Shown here: positions 48,825-52,316 of the stretch, one piece after another | Numbering within the stretch: position 1 is the first letter of the stretch | How the letters are laid out: every line of letters begins with the position of its first letter | Assembly: GCA_051439425.1 (NCBI GenBank) | Contig: JBFRWD010000005.1 | Coordinates: 1 to 52,316 of the forward strand | DNA from: Synechococcus sp. | GTDB lineage: Bacteria; Cyanobacteriota; Cyanobacteriia; Thermostichales; PCC-7336 | Direction of reading: 5' to 3' | DNA length: 52,316 nt | Translations under genes and position numbers: made by a program | Notes under the pieces: generated by a model | Databases searched by the model: none | Told to the model about the DNA's origin: nothing | Seen by the model: only the letters and a program-made list of their open reading frames with translations

Positions 48825-50132
48825 ATGGTACCGGCTGTGGATCTATTTCTCGGGATAGACTTTGGCACTTCTGGGGCACGGGCGATCACGATCGACGCTA
48901 GTGGTTGTACCCAGGCTCAATCGAGATGCGAGTATCCACCGCTGTCTGAGCAGAATGTCGCAAATGATTGGCAATCTACTCTGTGGACTCTCCTCGATCG
49001 CCTGCCGCGCGAGAGGCGTCAGCAAGTACAGGCGATCGCCATTGACGGAACGTCATCCACAACGTTGTTGTGCGATACCCACGGTCAGCCCGTTCTGGCA
49101 CCATTGATGTACAACGATGCTCGGGCGCGGAGACTGCTGCCGCTGCTCGAACGATATGCTCCTGACCAACACATCACACTGAACGCAACGTCTGGGCTCG
49201 TTAAACTTTGCTGGCTGTTGGAGCAGATGCTGGCGCAAGATTGTGCGGCGCAAGGAGCCTACGGTCTCAGTCAGGCAGACTGGCTGGGCTTTTTGCTACA
49301 TGGACAGTTGGGGATGAGCGACTATCACAACTGTCTCAAGTTGGGATATGACGTAGACACTCTCCAGTGGCCGGACTGGGTGCGATCGCTCGAAATACAG
49401 GGATGCTCGCTTGGCGACTATCTACCCACTGTCTTGGCTCCTGGCACTGCCGTCGGAACCATTCGCCCCGATATTGCTGAATGCTACGGATTTCCCCGCC
49501 ACTGCCAGGTTAAGGCTGGAACCACCGATAGTATTGCGGCCTTTTTGGCTAGTGGTTCCAAGGAGTGCGGTCAGGCGGTCACCTCATTGGGATCTTCATT
49601 GGCGATCAAGTTGCTCAGTCGCCATCGGGTGGAGGATCGCGATCGCGGTATTTACAGCCATCGATTGGCCGATCGATGGTTGGTGGGTGGGGCCTCGAAT
49701 ACTGGAGGTGCAGTGCTGAAGCGGTATTTTACGGATGAAGAATTACAGGTGCTGAGCGATCGCATCGATCCGGCGATCGCTAGCCCGTTACAGTATTACC
49801 CTCTGTTCGAACCCGGAGAACGTTTTCCCATCAACGACCCCGAATTTGCCCCTAAACTCACCCCGCGCCCAGTTGATGATGCGGAGTTTTTGCATGGTCT
49901 GTTGGAGGGGATGGCGAGGATTGAAGCACAAGGATATCGGCTCCTCCAAACCTTGGGAGCCCCGGTCGTGACCAAAGTACTGACAGCAGGAGGGGGGGCA
50001 AAGAATCAAACCTGGACTGCGATTCGAGCCCGAAACTTGGGAGGTCCCGTAGCAGTTTCACCCCAAACCGAGGCCGCCTACGGTAGTGCGATGTTGGCAC
50101 GAGATGGATTGATTCGAGATGGATTGAACTAA
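48825..50132 (+). CDS. FGGY-family carbohydrate kinase (D-ribulose kinase-like)
   Basis: LGIDFGTSGAR, IDGTSST, SDYHNCLKLGYD, GTTDSIAAFLA, GGASNTGG, GERFP; start ATG 48825 or GTG 48774. Confidence 0.9.
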   Translation: MVPAVDLFLGIDFGTSGARAITIDASGCTQAQSRCEYPPLSEQNVANDWQSTLWTLLDRLPRERRQQVQAIAIDGTSSTTLLCDTHGQPVLAPLMYNDARARRLLPLLERYAPDQHITLNATSGLVKLCWLLEQMLAQDCAAQGAYGLSQADWLGFLLHGQLGMSDYHNCLKLGYDVDTLQWPDWVRSLEIQGCSLGDYLPTVLAPGTAVGTIRPDIAECYGFPRHCQVKAGTTDSIAAFLASGSKECGQAVTSLGSSLAIKLLSRHRVEDRDRGIYSHRLADRWLVGGASNTGGAVLKRYFTDEELQVLSDRIDPAIASPLQYYPLFEPGERFPINDPEFAPKLTPRPVDDAEFLHGLLEGMARIEAQGYRLLQTLGAPVVTKVLTAGGGAKNQTWTAIRARNLGGPVAVSPQTEAAYGSAMLARDGLIRDGLN

Positions 50133-50150
50133 AGAGATAGGGTCGTTCCC

Positions 50151-50582
50151 TTAACTGAGATCGCCCACCAATCCAAATTCCCTGGCCCCAAACACGCTTT
50201 CAAAATGGGTGTAGTGTTTGAACTCCAAGAGGTTGTGAAACGGGTCGGCTAAGAAGAATGTGCGATGCTCGGTGATTTCTCCAATAAAGCGCTGCTTGGG
50301 CTGCTGGAAAAACTCAAGCTGATGGGTCTGGCTGCGATCGCGCAATGCCTCCCATTCCTCCAGATCGGTAAAGACTAATCCAAAGTGACGGGGATAGATG
50401 CCCTGTTGAGCCTCAAGTGGCTGATGGGTGACATGGGCTACCAGTTGATTGCCGTAGAGGTTGAGAATGACTGAAGCGACTGTTTCTCGACCCACCTGGC
50501 ATCCCAGGCCCTTGCCGTAAAACTGTTTCGTTGTCGCAATGTCGGCAACGGGAAATGCAAGATGAAATATTGCACTGCGCAT
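50151..50582 (-). CDS. VOC / glyoxalase family protein
   Basis: FHLAFPV, FY..GLGC..GR, YPRHFGLVF, FFLADPFHNLLEFK. Confidence 0.88.
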   Translation of the reverse strand: MRSAIFHLAFPVADIATTKQFYGKGLGCQVGRETVASVILNLYGNQLVAHVTHQPLEAQQGIYPRHFGLVFTDLEEWEALRDRSQTHQLEFFQQPKQRFIGEITEHRTFFLADPFHNLLEFKHYTHFESVFGAREFGLVGDLS

Positions 50583-50800
50583 GATGTTGATTAACACCTC
50601 TACACTCTATAGTTTGCTACTTCAGTAAGGACAAGGGTTTTCTATTACAGTCAAGGTTGAACAAACTGAAATGTCCGCAGCGGTATAGCGACTGCTATAG
50701 CTCGTTATACACAACAGTTAGAATCCTAGAGAGAAACCATCGCTGAAATGGTCATCTCTCAATTTAGTATCTCTCAATTGGACAATCGCTAAGGTGTACC

Positions 50801-51551
50801 GGCTCTGTCACCTTAACTGGCAGGTAGCCTGAGCTGAACGAATGAAGAGATGGATAATCGACCTGTTTGCTACTCTCGCCACCGCTTTCCCGCTGTTGTC
50901 ATCAGTTACGCAGTCTGGCTCTACTATTGCTTCTGTTTGAGTTACCAGGACGTGGAAGAACTCCTGGCTCACCGAGGCATATCAGTTAGCTATGAAAGCA
51001 TCCGCCGCTGGTGTCATAAATTCAGCCAATCGTATGCCATCAATTGAAACGCCGCTTTGCTCGTGCCGGAGACAAACTCAGCCATGTGGATGAAGTCAGA
51101 ATCGTCATGAATACTGAGAAGTTACTCTGCCGCCCATCGAGAGGTGATGCCAAGCGTGGAACATAGACAACACAAGGGGTTGAATAATCGGGCAGAAGGC
51201 CTCCCACCAACCCATCACATATCGGGAGCCACAAATGAAACGATACAAATCTAATGAGTCATAGCCAGAGGTTTCTGTCAGCTTTGGACCTATTAGAAAT
51301 CACTTCTGTCCAAGACGACATTTGATGTCAGCGAGCACCTATCGAGAGGCGATGAAACCGCGTTCCCAAACTTGGAGCCAGATCGCCCTTGTAAGTAGGT
51401 CGTCCTAATGAATGTTGCAAAGGCCTGAGGCCTTGTAAGGGCTGTCAGATTTCTATCTTGCGTTTAATTCGATTGGGCTACTTATCTGCTGCAGATTGAT
51501 TATTGGGGAGTTACTGGCTAGTTGCTTTTTCGCTCAGTTAAGTTGGGCGCC
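50801..51551 (+). mobile_element. Degenerate IS6-family insertion sequence
   Basis: Left end GGCTCTGTCACCTTAACTG; degenerate candidate right end CAGTTAAGTTGGGCGCC (51535-51551); encloses a decayed transposase. Confidence 0.7.
50850..51408 (+). pseudogene. IS6-family transposase pseudogene (frameshifts, internal deletion)
   Basis: RHRFPAVVISYAVWLY...VEELLAHRGISVSYESIRRW; later frames HVDEV, SYSAAHREVMPSVEHRQHKGLNNRAE, QRFLS, PIRNHFCPRRH. Confidence 0.88.
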
Positions 51552-51655
51552 TTGGCGAACTTTCGCCAAGGCGAAAATGGAAAAACCTGAATAGTCGTAG
51601 GTAGAATAACGACTCACTTGACTTTTAACTTTTATAAAATACCAATATGTTGCAA

Positions 51656-51883
51656 CTAAATGAGACCAAAGAGATGCGCACGCATCTCTTTGGTCTTTTC
51701 TTGGTAACCAGTAAGCATCCGATGCAAAGAGTTTCTTTGGGAGTATAGAAGTTCTGTCCTTTCTTGGCGTTCAGGAGTTGGGTTTAGTGTGGCTAAATTG
51801 TGCTGTTCCCGGTGTGCCCTAACCGCTGTTCTAAGTGCCGCCTGTAAAGCCAGCTCTAGTACTGTTGCCCCTGTAGCTTTCAT
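51656..51883 (-). CDS. Hypothetical 75-aa helical ORF (possibly a gene remnant)
   Basis: ATG ORF between the two IS6 remnants; no recognisable motif. Confidence 0.3.
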   Translation of the reverse strand: MKATGATVLELALQAALRTAVRAHREQHNLATLNPTPERQERTELLYSQRNSLHRMLTGYQEKTKEMRAHLFGLI

Positions 51884-52242
51884 CTCTAACTTGCAATTAC
51901 TTCCATGCTTCTAGCCTTCCCCAGTGCTTCACGTCTCTTGCCTTCGCAATTGTTTTCTTAAGAGTGTTTTTATATTTATTCTTCTCTCTTGTTCAGGCGG
52001 GATTGTCAAACAAAAGCGAGAGCTCTCAAATAGAGCGCTACTTCACTCAGGCGAAGTCTGGCGTATTGATTTAGCCAGCAATATTCAGATTGAGCGCTTC
52101 CTGCCAGCTTTTGCAGTTCGAAGACGAGAACAGAAATGCGATTGCTCACTGAACCTTGACAACTCATCATGACTGCAAACTTCGAAGTGACTCAAGCGAG
52201 GTGCTAGTCTAGGCCCTTGTGCCCTGCCTAATTAGCTAATTG

Positions 52243-52316
52243 ATGCCAGCAGACACTCCGTTCAAGTGTCGTCACTTCCCTCCGTCGATCATCATCATGG
52301 CGGTGAGGTGGTACTT
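52243..52316 (+). mobile_element. Start of a second IS6-family transposase (runs off the window)
   Basis: MPADTPFKCRHFPPSIIIMAVRWY matches the IS6 N-terminal FK.RHF...II...VRWY pattern. Confidence 0.8.

Noticed and set aside
50684..50699. TATAGC-GACT-GCTATA palindrome as another MITE copy or empty site
   Set aside because: Only the 6-bp ends match the family; too short to support
1..52316. Numerous 60-190-aa ORFs overlapping the called genes, and intergenic ORFs at 3444, 5741, 9623, 9727, 17480, 22327 and 51924
   Set aside because: Antisense or off-frame shadows, or motif-less ORFs with weak starts and no RBS support

Overview
Cyanobacterial chromosomal window: HIP1 octamers (GCGATCGC) are abundant, and it carries chlM, the ndhF3-ndhD3-cupA-cupS CO2-uptake operon and cyanobacterial-type gshA. 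It is mostly housekeeping genes (guaA, thiE/thiS, chlM, nhaS3-like antiporter, ureF, A-adding tRNA nucleotidyltransferase, gshA, alaS, cobU, FGGY kinase) mixed with accessory material. The accessory material is two RTX-repeat surface proteins, a vanadium haloperoxidase with a translationally coupled unknown partner, an AT-rich sulfotransferase, a DUF3465 pseudogene, four copies of a ~100-bp MITE/REP-like repeat and two IS6-family remnants at the right end. I saw no rRNA, tRNA or CRISPR array. Best candidate for an undescribed system: a Sec-exported polyprotein (21871-22242) made of tandem 24-aa peptide cassettes under clear purifying selection, divergent from an adenylate cyclase-FHA gene and a tandem GNAT. 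Second candidate: the haloperoxidase plus a coupled ORF with a Pro/Thr/Glu linker and a C-terminal amphipathic helix. All family assignments come from motif recognition by eye; no database searches were run.
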